This document shows, piece by piece, positions 21,416-32,477 of a stretch of 64,000 bases of DNA. The translations under genes were made by a program, and so were the position numbers. Each line of letters opens with the position of its first letter. Positions within the stretch are counted from its first letter, which is position 1. The DNA comes from Opitutales bacterium (GTDB lineage Bacteria; Verrucomicrobiota; Verrucomicrobiia; Opitutales; PNEW01), in the NCBI GenBank assembly GCA_965197745.1, contig CBDANS010000007.1, positions 896,001-960,000 of the forward strand. The letters run 5' to 3'. Under the pieces are notes generated by a model that saw only the letters and a program-made list of their open reading frames with translations, searched no databases and was not told the DNA's origin.

Positions 21416-22123
21416 ATGCCCGGAGAGAATATGCATCTGTTGATGTTCGATGTGGATGGGACTCTAATATGTCCGAATCAATACGACACGGAGTGCTTCA
21501 TAAGCGCGGTTTCCACGGTGTTGGGAATATCAGTTGTGAACAGCGATTGGGAAAGCTATGAACACGTAACGGATTCTGGAATTTTGGACGAGCTGGTAAG
21601 ACGCGCTTACGGTCGACGACCCACTGAAGAGGAGATAAACCGGGTTCAAGATCGTTTCCTGCTGGATCTTGATTGTGCAATTGACAGGCAACCTTGCCAT
21701 GCACGAGCGATTGAAGGTGCAATCACTTTCCTTGCTACCGTTAGGAACATGACGGACATCGCGGTATCCATTGCGACTGGGGGTTGGGAAAAATCTTGTC
21801 GAAAAAAATTGGCGTTCTCAGCGTTTCCGGTGGAAGGAATCCCATTGGCATCCGCGGATGATGCGCTATCGAGAATCGGCATAATGAATGCCTCACTCTG
21901 TAAAGCGGGGAAAGTATATCAGCAATCTGCTTTTAAATCGGTTACTTATGTAGGAGATGCGTCTTGGGATTTGAAGGCGACAATGAAACTCGGATGGCCT
22001 TTTATAGCTGTCGGTGAACCGATCTTGTCATTCGTAGATGATCGTCCTCGATTCTGGATAAAGGATTATACCGACCGCCATAAACTCTACGGTATCCTTG
22101 AGCGTATTGGAGTATTGGCATAA
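21416..22123 (+). CDS. HAD family hydrolase
   Basis: FDVDGTL, IATG, YVGDASWD. Confidence 0.85.
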   Translation: MPGENMHLLMFDVDGTLICPNQYDTECFISAVSTVLGISVVNSDWESYEHVTDSGILDELVRRAYGRRPTEEEINRVQDRFLLDLDCAIDRQPCHARAIEGAITFLATVRNMTDIAVSIATGGWEKSCRKKLAFSAFPVEGIPLASADDALSRIGIMNASLCKAGKVYQQSAFKSVTYVGDASWDLKATMKLGWPFIAVGEPILSFVDDRPRFWIKDYTDRHKLYGILERIGVLA

Positions 22124-22204
22124 CAGGTTGAAGGTCGCGATGGTATGTTTGTCAATCAGTCAAGAAATCGATAAATAACTGACAACCTGTGAGGGCACTG
22201 CCAG

Positions 22205-22521
22205 GTGGCGCTGATATATCTTCTATTTATTGCAGTCGTATTTTATTGGCAAATCAATGCTGTAAAATCCGGTAAGATTACGAAAAAAAAGCTTTCGGCT
22301 TGTACGCTGGATATACCATTGCGCCAGTGTTTCTTTACGGTTTGGTGTTTATGGTGTTGATAGGATATGAAGAACTTGCGGACAGGGCAATAATCAGTGA
22401 GGGGTACGCACGCTCCATACCATTCGTGATTGCCGGTGGTACGGCCGTGTTTATAATCGTTACCCTGGTGTTTTCGATTGTAATTCTTGCCGTGAAAACT
22501 AATAATAACGATTCACTATAA
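22205..22521 (+). pseudogene. Small membrane protein with an apparent frameshift at the A8 run (22283-22290)
   Basis: Hydrophobic frame from GTG 22205 joins ORF 22300-22521 if one base is added in the A-run. Confidence 0.45.
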
Positions 22522-22569
22522 CCGAGTAATTAAGGCTCTTTAAGACAAATTTATGCCCAAGGAGAAAAT

Positions 22570-22998
22570 ATGAGATTTATATACCAATCATTCGCGTTGT
22601 TAGCAGCGGTTCTTTCCCTGATAGGCTGCAGTGTAAAACAATCACCCCTCGATTCGAATGGGAAAACGGCACAGCAGATTATGATGGAAACCTATGTGCA
22701 GATATTAGAAGGGAAATATGAAGAGGCCCAAAATAATTTCAGTCCCGCATTTATAGAAGAATTCGTCACCACGAAGGACACGACATTTGTCGAATACTGC
22801 AGTATGACAAAAGGATGGAAGGTGGAGTGGTTAAAGACCAAACTGATGGGTAATGATTACAATGACGATGTATGGCGTGTAAAAATAATTCCTGATGAAG
22901 GTAAGGGTAACATGAATGGCCCCGGTATCGTACAGGACTTCTATATAATTGATGGAGCCTGGAAGATAGTTTTTTGGGGCCACTATTCAAAGTCATAA
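22570..22998 (+). CDS. Putative lipoprotein
   Basis: Lipobox LIGC; RBS aggag. Confidence 0.75.
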   Translation: MRFIYQSFALLAAVLSLIGCSVKQSPLDSNGKTAQQIMMETYVQILEGKYEEAQNNFSPAFIEEFVTTKDTTFVEYCSMTKGWKVEWLKTKLMGNDYNDDVWRVKIIPDEGKGNMNGPGIVQDFYIIDGAWKIVFWGHYSKS

Positions 22999-23074
22999 AG
23001 TATAACAGGACGATGGAATAAACGTTTTAAGCTGCGCTTTAATCGTGTGTTATGTAAATGTTTGGCGACTAACC

Positions 23075-23407
23075 ATGACTAAACATCACGACACTGGACG
23101 CAATCCTCGTTTAAAAGAACTCAAAGCAGTTGAACGCGTGGCTCAATTACCCCCATCTCAACAGAAAGATCATCCATCCGCAATAGCGGCAGACGCAAGT
23201 AAACTGGATCACATCAATACTTATGGATGCCTTCCTGAATACTATATCGATCAGCCTTTCAACTGTAGATTGTGCGGTAGAAGGGAAATCTGGCGCGCTC
23301 AAGACCAGAAATGGTATTACGAAGAAGCCAAAGGCCATATTGATGCAGTCGCTGTAGAATGTCATGATTGCCGCAAATCAAAAAAGCAGGATCACCCTGC
23401 CAGGTAA
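23075..23407 (+). CDS. Zinc-ribbon domain protein
   Basis: CRLCG...QKWYYE...CHDCRK. Confidence 0.75.
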   Translation: MTKHHDTGRNPRLKELKAVERVAQLPPSQQKDHPSAIAADASKLDHINTYGCLPEYYIDQPFNCRLCGRREIWRAQDQKWYYEEAKGHIDAVAVECHDCRKSKKQDHPAR

Positions 23408-23626
23408 GAAGCATATCGCCTCGATTAATCATTGTGAACGCGACGATATCAGTTGACGAATAACGGAACGCGTGAATATGCCCCAATCAATCGAAGCCAC
23501 GCTCGATTACAAACGCTTCTGCCAAAGCCAACTCACGAATCCCTATACCTTCTACCACCAGCTCAGAGCTGAAGATCCGGTCCACTTCAGCGCCGCATTA
23601 CACTGGTGTTAAAGAAACGTTCTAGG

Positions 23627-24961
23627 TCAACGTCCACCGCGGTTGCGGGTTCGGCTGCGATAGCGGGCGAAGTTACCCTGTGGGCGTCCGCCCCGGCGTC
23701 TGTTGCCATTGCCGCGGCCAAATTTTTTCGGGGTTGTATTGCGAGAGGGTATGGTCTCTTCGCAATGATAGGCGTGTTCCTTCTCGGCTGGCACCGGCTT
23801 GCCCAACAGGCGTTCGATTTCCCTCAAGTAGGCCCGGTCCTCGGCGCAGCATAACGATATGGCGTCGCCGTTCGCTCCCGCCCTGGCGGTGCGCCCTATG
23901 CGGTGCACGTAGGTTTCGGCTTCTATCGGTAGATCGTAGTTGATGACATGAGTGATGTCGTCCACATCCAATCCACGCGCTGCTACATCAGTGGCGACCA
24001 TCACCCTGAAACGACCTCTCTTGAAGCCATCCAGTGCCTTGGTGCGAGCAGCTTGGCTCTTGTTGCTGTGGATGGCTGTTCCACGAATACCCGCGGCGTA
24101 CAACTTATCAACCACCCGGTTGGCAACGTGTTTCATCTGAGTAAAAATAAGGGCCTTATTGATCATGGGGTCGCTTAAGAGGGAGAGCAGCAGGGCGTCC
24201 TTGTTCCTTTTCTTTACAAAAAGCACCTTCTGATCGATACTCTCCAGCGTGGGTTTGTCGGGTTCGATGGTCACCCGAACCGGGTTGCGAACCATGGTTT
24301 GGGCTAGCTCGACCATTTTCGGGGCCAGGGTGGCGGAGAAAAACAGGGTCTGACGTTCGGAGGGAATCTTGGCCAGCACCCGCTTGATGTCGGGAATGAA
24401 GCCCATATCGAGCATCCGGTCTACCTCGTCGAGAACAAAAATCTCTACCTCATTCAGGCGGATGAATCGCTGTTCTATCAGATCAAGTAGCCGGCCGGGG
24501 GTGGCTACGAGGATATCGATTCCACGGTTCAGGGCCTTGACCTGTTGAAATTGGCTGACCCCGCCGTAGATGACGGTATGGCGGAGGCGTAGAAAACGTC
24601 CATAAGTCTGGATACTCTCCTCGATCTGTGCCGCGAGTTCGCGTGTGGGGGCGAGAATAAGAGCCCAGGGGGTTCCTTTACGGGGCTTGCGGGAATTGCC
24701 GGAAAGCCGCTGCAGAATTGGCAGGGCAAAGGCTGCTGTCTTGCCGGTGCCGGTCTGAGCGCAGCCCAGCAGGTCACGTCCTTCCAGCAGGTGTGGAATG
24801 CACTGCTCCTGGATGGGGGTGGGGTTGAGGTATCCCTCGGCAGCAACGGCACGCTGAATCTCTGGAATGAGAGCGCCAAAAGGGTCCTGGGGAATCCAGG
24901 TCTGTAATTGCGGGGTACTATGGTCTGTGCGCACAAGGGGCGCGTCACTATTTTCTTTCAT
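23627..24961 (-). CDS. rhlE: DEAD-box RNA helicase, RhlE-like
   Basis: PTPIQ, AQTGTGKT, PTRELA, DEVD, SAT, ARGLD, HRIGRTAR; RG-rich tail. Confidence 0.9.
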   Translation of the reverse strand: MKENSDAPLVRTDHSTPQLQTWIPQDPFGALIPEIQRAVAAEGYLNPTPIQEQCIPHLLEGRDLLGCAQTGTGKTAAFALPILQRLSGNSRKPRKGTPWALILAPTRELAAQIEESIQTYGRFLRLRHTVIYGGVSQFQQVKALNRGIDILVATPGRLLDLIEQRFIRLNEVEIFVLDEVDRMLDMGFIPDIKRVLAKIPSERQTLFFSATLAPKMVELAQTMVRNPVRVTIEPDKPTLESIDQKVLFVKKRNKDALLLSLLSDPMINKALIFTQMKHVANRVVDKLYAAGIRGTAIHSNKSQAARTKALDGFKRGRFRVMVATDVAARGLDVDDITHVINYDLPIEAETYVHRIGRTARAGANGDAISLCCAEDRAYLREIERLLGKPVPAEKEHAYHCEETIPSRNTTPKKFGRGNGNRRRGGRPQGNFARYRSRTRNRGGR

Positions 24962-25297
24962 GTTTTTCCTGGTCCGGTATTTCTACAAATCTCTACCTGC
25001 CGGACGCGTGGAAAAGAAAGGACCGCTATGATCGCGGTAATGGTGTATCCCTGCTTTGAAAGCCGGGATGCATATTTTAAACCGATACGAAATCGCTTTT
25101 TGGGCGGTGTGGACCCTTGCCCAGCGAAACCGTCATCAAAATGCAATACCGCAAATAGATACCGAAACGGTTCGAGAATGCAAGCACAAAGATAGACAGC
25201 GAACCAGAGACAACCCATTCAGCGGGACTGGTTTGAGGCAGGTTGTAAATGTATGGGTGCTCATCCAGTAGTGTGGATCATGTCCGATTTTGGAATG

Positions 25298-25777
25298 TCA
25301 CCGGTTATTACTTCTCAGCGCAATCCTTGAAGCCCTATCCACAAGTGTAAATATTCTATCAATATCATCTTTGTCTTTCGCTACCCGATGTCCCCGCACT
25401 TTTATAAAATCACAGTCCAAGAGATCGGTTATTCGGAAAAATTCCTGGTAGAGTTCAAAATTTTTGAGACGCTTATTTTTCTTTGAGTGATAATCATTTT
25501 GTTCAAACCTTTCGCGTCTTCCCGGTAAACTCATGATGTTTTGAGAATCCGTATAGACTATCACTGAGATGCCAGCTGTTTGAATATCGCCTAGTGCCCA
25601 TAGCAAAGTCTGCAATTCCAGTTTCGTTGAAGAGGTTTGATCAAATCGCATCACTTTCACACGCGTCCTCATCAAATCCAACGAAAGTCCACTTTCTGCA
25701 ATAGCGAGGTAAGCCCCGTATCCAATTTTGGAATGAGTATTCACACTTCCATCCGTAAAAAGCATCAGATCATCCAT
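25298..25777 (-). CDS. Ribonuclease H (RNase HI-like)
   Basis: FTDGS, LELQ, YTDSQ, VRGH, VDRASR. Confidence 0.85.
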   Translation of the reverse strand: MDDLMLFTDGSVNTHSKIGYGAYLAIAESGLSLDLMRTRVKVMRFDQTSSTKLELQTLLWALGDIQTAGISVIVYTDSQNIMSLPGRRERFEQNDYHSKKNKRLKNFELYQEFFRITDLLDCDFIKVRGHRVAKDKDDIDRIFTLVDRASRIALRSNNR

Positions 25778-25937
25778 GAGAAAATAACTTTATATTTTAA
25801 AAAGCTGACATTGAATTCACCACATAATCAGGTTTCTTCCAGTCGATGGGGATGCTCTCAAAGCTGGCCACGGGTCTTCACAACGAGGAGCGGTCAATCA
25901 GCTTTACTTTTACCATGTTCTAAAAAGATGGGTCTAT

Positions 25938-26735
25938 TCACAAAGGTTTGAAAGCCTCAACTTCAAGTCTGAGCATGCCAAGATGGGTCATCCCATGGTC
26001 ATCAAGGGGGTGGCGATGCAGATATTCATCAATTGCCTGTTGGAGAAACACATCGCGCTTGCTCTCAGGAACGCGCTGAGTGTAGGGCAACCATGTTGTC
26101 CTCACCCAACTTTTGAAACCATCGGGTTCATGAATCATGTCTTTGGGAATTAATTCCACTCGCTTAACATCGAAACCGGTTTCTGATAGCCACGGATGAT
26201 ATTCTTCCGGACCGTAAAAATTGTAGGGGAAAGTAAAGTTAATAAAATACTCGCGCCAAATATCCCTGGTGATTAATTCATCAAATACACTGACCATCGC
26301 AGCGGCGTTATCCTTGCCGCCCCCCATCTGAAGCAGCATCTTGCCTCCAGGACAGAGACTGCGGCTTATTCCCTTCAATACTGAAAGATGGTCTTTTATC
26401 CAATGAAGCGCTGCGTTTGAAAATACAACATCAAAATCATTATGAAATGGAAGGCTGCGAGCATCGATCTGGGTGAAATTTATATTTGATCCATTGCTTT
26501 GCGCATAGTGGGACTGGGCGAGCTGAATCATTTCATAAGAGCTGTCGATTCCATGAACAGCCCCACCTGTTACAATGGCTGCGATTTCAGCTGTGACCTT
26601 TCCGCCTCCACAACCAATGTCCAGGACCTTTTCGGTCCCTTTCAGATTGAGCTTTGCGATAAGCTCTCTCGCCCATTTCTGCTGCGTGGACGAACTTTGT
26701 TCGTAGTCTGAAGCATCCCAGGTATATTTGTCCAT
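25938..26735 (-). CDS. Class I SAM-dependent methyltransferase (Tam-like)
   Basis: VLDIGCGGG, FDVVFSNAALHW. Confidence 0.9.
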   Translation of the reverse strand: MDKYTWDASDYEQSSSTQQKWARELIAKLNLKGTEKVLDIGCGGGKVTAEIAAIVTGGAVHGIDSSYEMIQLAQSHYAQSNGSNINFTQIDARSLPFHNDFDVVFSNAALHWIKDHLSVLKGISRSLCPGGKMLLQMGGGKDNAAAMVSVFDELITRDIWREYFINFTFPYNFYGPEEYHPWLSETGFDVKRVELIPKDMIHEPDGFKSWVRTTWLPYTQRVPESKRDVFLQQAIDEYLHRHPLDDHGMTHLGMLRLEVEAFKPL

Positions 26736-26858
26736 TAGAGGTAATAGAAATATTTTCTATTCATGAATCAATTAATTTAGACCGCTCCGGCTCATGAGCC
26801 GGATTCAACATTTTCACACGAGGCGAACAAATCAGCTGTGTGTGGCCTTTGTTATCCT

Positions 26859-27266
26859 TTAGTGCTCATCACCTGCGTAAATCCACATGGGTTCCGTTTG
26901 CCCTGCACGTTCAAAACCCAGCCGCGCATAAAAACCCACAGCCTTTCCGTCAGCGGTAAGCATTTGCTGATGGAATGACGCGTATTTTTGTAGAAGTGCT
27001 TCCATCATTTTACGACCTATACCTTTACCTTGATACTCAGGGTTGACCAGTAAATGGGGGTAGTAGACAACTAAATGACCGTCAGATATGGCATTACCCA
27101 GACCGACCAAGACTCCTGAGATTCTGGCAGTGACTAAACTATGAGAGTTTTTTAATGCCGCCATTAAGGCGTTTGGTTTATCTGCTGAAAACCAATTGTT
27201 GGCTCGATAAAGAGCCAGGGTCTCTTCTTCTTCTATTTTGTCATTAAGACTTATATCTACTTTCAT
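26859..27266 (-). CDS. GNAT acetyltransferase
   Basis: YQGKGIG, FYARLGF. Confidence 0.9.
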   Translation of the reverse strand: MKVDISLNDKIEEEETLALYRANNWFSADKPNALMAALKNSHSLVTARISGVLVGLGNAISDGHLVVYYPHLLVNPEYQGKGIGRKMMEALLQKYASFHQQMLTADGKAVGFYARLGFERAGQTEPMWIYAGDEH

Positions 27267-27393
27267 TTTCTTTTTATTGATGAAGTATTACAGGCAGTAT
27301 CTGCCGATAGAGTGTATTATTCTTTGGACCGATAGGAATCAAGGGAATCTGAAAACACCAGAGTTGGAAAGGGACAGGTCCTTGATTAAAATC

Positions 27394-27819
27394 TTAATCC
27401 GTAAGATTTATTGATTCTTTTCGGTCGCCTGTAATGTAGCGAAAAACGTCGATACCATCGATTACCAGTGAAACCGAATTAATCGCCATCAGTGCTCGAA
27501 TCCAGATGCCGAAAAAATTATCTGCGGGAATCTGATCAATCCGACTCCAAAGAAACAGGATGAGCGGGACCCATAAGATGTGGCCCAACCCGAGCAGACG
27601 CGTGAACCCTGACACCCCGGTTAATAGGGTCATTAAACCCATGCTCGCTATAAAAGTGACAAAAACAGCTCTTGCTTCCAACCGATCGAGATAGAAAAGT
27701 GGCGCCAGCGCGTTGGCGGATACCATCAGTATTAACCACAGCTGCCAATAGACGGGCATATGCAGCATGCCTTTGTTCAGCTTTATAAAAGCGTTAATGG
27801 ATTCTCTAAAGATTTTCAT
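27394..27819 (-). CDS. Hypothetical multi-pass membrane protein
   Basis: About 4 hydrophobic segments; TRLLGLGH. Confidence 0.7.
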   Translation of the reverse strand: MKIFRESINAFIKLNKGMLHMPVYWQLWLILMVSANALAPLFYLDRLEARAVFVTFIASMGLMTLLTGVSGFTRLLGLGHILWVPLILFLWSRIDQIPADNFFGIWIRALMAINSVSLVIDGIDVFRYITGDRKESINLTD

Positions 27820-27887
27820 TTTTATTCGTTCAGTATCTACAATGAACGGTAGTAATATAATAAATGGGTACCTGAATCAATCGATTT

Positions 27888-29331
27888 TTAGAACCGTCCA
27901 ATCCGAATCGATCCGGGATCGGTGATCACCACGCTTGCGTCAAAGCTTGCCTTGATGAGTTTGTGTTTGATCTCCTGGTGGTCCGGGTTTTCCCAAAGAT
28001 TGGCTTACTCGTTTGGATCGTTCTGAAGATCGTAAAGCTCCCCATAATCGTTTCCATGGAAGACATTCAACTTGTATTGCCTGTCACGATACATGGTGGC
28101 GTAAGAGGGGGGGCGCCTTTTCCTCGTCCTTTCCCCAAGTCATGTCGAGCACACCGTAATACTCACACCGAACATAGTCGCGGTGATGTTCGAGCGGAGC
28201 ATCACCGCACAGAATCGGCCATAGCGATTTGCCCTGGACCCATTCAAGCGGTTCACCGACAATGTCGGCTATAGTCGGAGCGATGTCGATTAACTCCACC
28301 AACGCGTCCGAGACTCGGCCCTGTTGGATTACGCCGGGCCAGGAGAAGATGAGAGGGACTCGCACCAGGCCTTCGTAGAATCGGCATCCTTTGGAACTGA
28401 GTGCATGATCGCCCAGGCCCTCCCCGTGATCAGAAGTGAAGATGATCATGGTGTCGTCGCGCAGCCCCAACTCTTCGAGCGCATCAAGAAGTCTGCCTAC
28501 GTTGCGGTCAATGATCTCGATCATACCATAGTATGAGGCTTTATTCCACATATGCTTCGCTTCGGGGCGCTGAGGGACGGACGCAAATAAGTGGCTTGAG
28601 AGGCGTTGCTGCACCTCAAGATCCGACTCTGTGAAGAGTGGTGGTGGCAGATCGTCAGTCTCATAGGGTTTACGGAAATCATCGGGGGCATCCATCGAAA
28701 GATGCGGATCAAAGGTGTTGATACTGAGAAACCAGGGTGAGCCGGATCTTCGACGAATAAAATCGATGGCGGTGTTGGCACACCAGGTGGTCTGATGCCA
28801 TTTGAAAGGAACGTTTTCGCGATACTTCACACCCGTGCGAAGCGCGTCATTTCGATTGAATTGATCGAGCACCTCGTCAAGAACGCCGTTCTGGTCGAGC
28901 CAGTCAGTGTACTCATTATTGATACCTAGGAGTTGCCCATGAGAAAGACTGTGATGAAACTCCTCATAGCCGTCATCCAGGCGCTCCTCGTGACCGCCCA
29001 AGGTGAGCTGATGTGCAGTTTCCCGACCAACCCGCCAACGTAGTCGTTGTCGGCTAGGTGCCTGGAGATAAGCTTGGCACGATCAGGAAGATGAAGGCAT
29101 CGGTTTCCATTGATGTTGGAGTGGATTGATGAGGCGTAGAGCCCGGTCATAAAGCTACCCCGGCTGGGAGTGCATATCGGACTCTGACAGTAGGTAGTGG
29201 AGAATGCAGTGCCCTCAGCACACAACCTGTCCAGGTTCGGGGTCCTGATGTGAGTAGTTACCGAGTACACCTATAGTGTCGTAGCGTTGTTGGTCAGTGC
29301 AAATCCAAAGGATGTTTGGGCGTCGGTTCAT
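27888..29331 (-). pseudogene. Formylglycine-dependent (S1) sulfatase, disrupted
   Basis: MNRRPNILWICTDQQR, CTPSR, GKLH, TSDHG, ELYDLQNDP spread over several frames; shifts near 29255, 29000, 28110, 28040 and an in-frame stop near 28005. Confidence 0.85.
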
Positions 29332-29473
29332 GTCTATACTGTCCTCACTAAGGATTCACAGATTGATCTTTTCATCAGGTTCATTGTCAAGATTGAATAA
29401 TTAGTCGCGGTCAATTCTCCTATAGACCACGTGACGGCCTGAGTGGACTGTCCCCAGTGCTTTTTTAAAAATG

Positions 29474-29732
29474 ATAGCCACAAAAAGCACAAAAGATACA
29501 AAAGACATAAGAAGGAAGGGTGGATGATTGGATGGACGAAATAATTATCATAAAACAACAGAGATTCGTCTTCTTCCAGCTATCTTCTTTTGTCATCGCG
29601 AAGGAGGTTAAACCGACTGCGGCGATCCAGGGGAATGTCTATAAGCATCCGACATTCGCTAGGAATGGAAGATCTCGCTACGCTCGGTAGTGGCCAACTC
29701 ATTCTTGTGCCTTTTGTGCTTTTTGTGGCTAT
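29474..29732. mobile_element. MITE-like composite repeat with a 22-bp terminal inverted repeat
   Basis: atagccacaaaaagcacaaaag / cttttgtgctttttgtggctat; homologous to ~35327-35628. Confidence 0.6.
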
Positions 29733-29750
29733 TCTCAATCGGCAATCGCA

Positions 29751-31958
29751 TCACTCGATAGTGATCTCTTCAGTCGTAACCTCGATCGCGTCCCCATCTT
29801 CGTTGGCGAAGGTGGCATCGATGCTCAGTGTTGGTTGAGGCGTTTCGTCAGACTTGAAGTTGTTCTGGGTGATCAGGGTCTCAAACCCGGTCGTTGTTGA
29901 TCCACTCTCCGCGACGACAACCGCAGCGCCATTCGTCTGCATCAGGTCTCCTCCGGTGATACGCATCCCCGGGTTGCCCGCCGGTACCGTGAAGGACCCA
30001 TCTCCGAACAGGAGGTGCGGCACCGCATCACCATCGGCGTCGATGTCGCCCACCGTTAAGCGTACCGCGATCGGCACACCGCGTGCATCGAAGCCCACCT
30101 TGCCGGTGCTTCCACTGAATACGGCATTCGATAACTGTACCCCTCCCAATCCCGTGGAGTTGACTACTTCCACGAGGGCCACGTCGGCCTGGGCGTCATA
30201 GACTTGTCCTTCGGGGAACAGTGCCTGGTTAAAGGCGTTGATCTTGCCCACCGTGAAGATGCTGAAGAAGGTATTGGCGTCTGCTCCATCGATGACCACG
30301 CTGGGTTTGCCGGTAACGTACTCGACTGCCTGGTTGTAGCGCGGGGGAATGGCCGGGGGCAGGAAGGTGGCTGGATCGAGGGTTACGGTAAAGGTACCAT
30401 TACCTGAAAATTCTACCTGTACAATGTCCTCGTTTTCGTCCATGAAAGAGACGCGGGTAATCTGTCCCGGTTTGGCCTGGAGTTGGACGGACTCTCCGGT
30501 GAGTAATATCTGGTCGAAGACGTTGCCGTTGGCATGCTGAATGTTTTCTCCAGCGATGTCTCCTGAGCCGTCGAGGACGAGGGGTACGGAGGGAGCGGCC
30601 ACGGTGATAGTCGCGGTATCGCTGTCAGCGGTGCTGACGGCATTTGTAACCTGTACCCAGTAGTTCGTGCTCTCGGTGAGCGCACCTGTAGTAAGCGTGC
30701 TACCGGTGGCCCCGGCGACGGGAGCAGCGGTGTTACCGCTATTGCCAGTATACCACTGGTAAGTGAGATCGTCACCGCTGGCGGCAACGGACAAGCTCGC
30801 CGCTGCGCCGGATGCGACTTCCTGGCTCGCGGGCTGGGTGGTGATAGCGGGAGCATCCGCGGGTGGGGGACCCTCGGAGCCGGTGCCAGGAGCACCGATA
30901 GGGGTAAACCCGAAGTCATCTATACTACTTCGGCTGAAAGCAGGGTTTATATCAGGATCATCCTTTAAAACAACCCTGCTGATGCCGTTTGGAGCACCCA
31001 ATTCTACCGCATTGATTGATATAAAACCGGGTTTAAATTGAGGTTTAATATCTCCTTCAAAATCAGTAAAAGTGGCGATCAGGTTATCATTCGTATCGTA
31101 GACTTCGAGCGAGGTATCGGGATCGGTGCCGCCAGCAAGAACAATTGTCCCCCCAAAAAAATCGACTTCATAAGCTGGTGTTTCAAAGGTGATCGTTGCG
31201 GACTCTCCATTAAATACCTGAAAAGCAAAAAGCCCCGAACGTATAAGATCACCTGCTGCGATAAAACCATTTTCAAAGGTGACCCTGAATGGCGATTCCC
31301 CAATTATAATAGGTGCTGAAATGCCGACACCCACACTGAATTCCTCAAAAGTGGTGTATACTGTATTATTGGAGGGTTTGTCCGTCAGGGTTACACCCAG
31401 ATCGTCGAGGGAAAATTTTCCAGAAACATTGAAGACCTTCATTTCTTCGATCCCATCGAGAAAATCAAAATCGGTTGTATCTATGAAGAGGTTACTGTCG
31501 GAGACAAATCTATATAATGGGGGGTTGGCGCTGGGGTTGATATCGGTGGGCAGTCCTTCTACGACGCCATTGTCTGCAATAACAGTTATAGCTTCAAGAC
31601 CGGAGGAGGAACTGGTCGCATTGATTTTTCCTCTAAACTCAATCTTACCTGCACCTGTCGATTCTCCCGCATAAAATTGAATTAGTCGGATACCTCTTTC
31701 CGATACAATTCTCCCTTCCTCACCGGGGCCTAGGGTAATTGCTTTTGTTCCCGAATGTAAAAGCGTCGGATCTTCTAAAGTTTCAACCGTGAAGCCGACT
31801 AATTTTACCCTGTTTGGCTCTTCCCCAATGAAAATATCACCTTCACCGCTGATGTTTTCGAAATCCGTAAATATTTCCAGTTCTTCCGGGAGAGCTGCGA
31901 GCAGAAGAGGAATTGTGAATGCTATTAATGATATAGCGGCGCGATTTATTAAATGCAT
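29751..31958 (-). CDS. Secreted Ig-domain surface protein, paralog A
   Basis: Signal peptide; PAITTQPASQ..LTYQWY..YWVQVTN Ig domain; C-terminal GNVFDQILLTG module. Confidence 0.8.
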   Translation of the reverse strand: MHLINRAAISLIAFTIPLLLAALPEELEIFTDFENISGEGDIFIGEEPNRVKLVGFTVETLEDPTLLHSGTKAITLGPGEEGRIVSERGIRLIQFYAGESTGAGKIEFRGKINATSSSSGLEAITVIADNGVVEGLPTDINPSANPPLYRFVSDSNLFIDTTDFDFLDGIEEMKVFNVSGKFSLDDLGVTLTDKPSNNTVYTTFEEFSVGVGISAPIIIGESPFRVTFENGFIAAGDLIRSGLFAFQVFNGESATITFETPAYEVDFFGGTIVLAGGTDPDTSLEVYDTNDNLIATFTDFEGDIKPQFKPGFISINAVELGAPNGISRVVLKDDPDINPAFSRSSIDDFGFTPIGAPGTGSEGPPPADAPAITTQPASQEVASGAAASLSVAASGDDLTYQWYTGNSGNTAAPVAGATGSTLTTGALTESTNYWVQVTNAVSTADSDTATITVAAPSVPLVLDGSGDIAGENIQHANGNVFDQILLTGESVQLQAKPGQITRVSFMDENEDIVQVEFSGNGTFTVTLDPATFLPPAIPPRYNQAVEYVTGKPSVVIDGADANTFFSIFTVGKINAFNQALFPEGQVYDAQADVALVEVVNSTGLGGVQLSNAVFSGSTGKVGFDARGVPIAVRLTVGDIDADGDAVPHLLFGDGSFTVPAGNPGMRITGGDLMQTNGAAVVVAESGSTTTGFETLITQNNFKSDETPQPTLSIDATFANEDGDAIEVTTEEITIE

Positions 31959-32145
31959 TTAGATCCTTCTAATATTATATACACTTTATAATTAAATCCC
32001 CATTTTATATAAGTCAAAGGTCGAAGGTCCAAGGGCAAAAGTCGATGTAAAGAATAGCCACATAATTAAATGAGGAATAATGAATGTAGATTGAATAATG
32101 GATAAACCGCGGATAACGCGGATGGGTACGGATGTTGAATTAGAT

Positions 32146-32258
32146 CAGGTGAAACTCGGTGCTTGATCGCTATGTCATCCATCCAGAAAATACGGGATGG
32201 ATTGACATTACGCTTAGCTATTGCTGAGCCATTGAGATTAAGCACCGTGTTTCACCTG
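32146..32258. other. Highly structured non-coding element (possible ncRNA or MITE)
   Basis: Long closing stem caggtgaaac..cggtgcttgatc / gattaagcaccg..gtttcacctg enclosing two hairpins. Confidence 0.5.
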
Positions 32259-32477
32259 TTAGTGGCTCCATGGCATGCTTTTAAAATCTTTGTAAATTCT
32301 TATCTCCAACCTAAAACCTTACACGTGCTCTAGCGCTCATCCGCGTACATCAGTGTTATCCGCGGTTCCGTCTTTCCGCCCTTCCTGTTAATATCTTTCT
32401 TTATTTTCTCTGCATCTTGGCGGTTCAATCTTTTATTCCTGAATCTGTAATTTGTTACTCTGATTTGGTATTAGCGA

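Noticed and set aside
25298..25777. Retron or retroelement suggested by RNase H
   Set aside because: Stand-alone RNase HI-like gene; no reverse transcriptase motifs anywhere in the window
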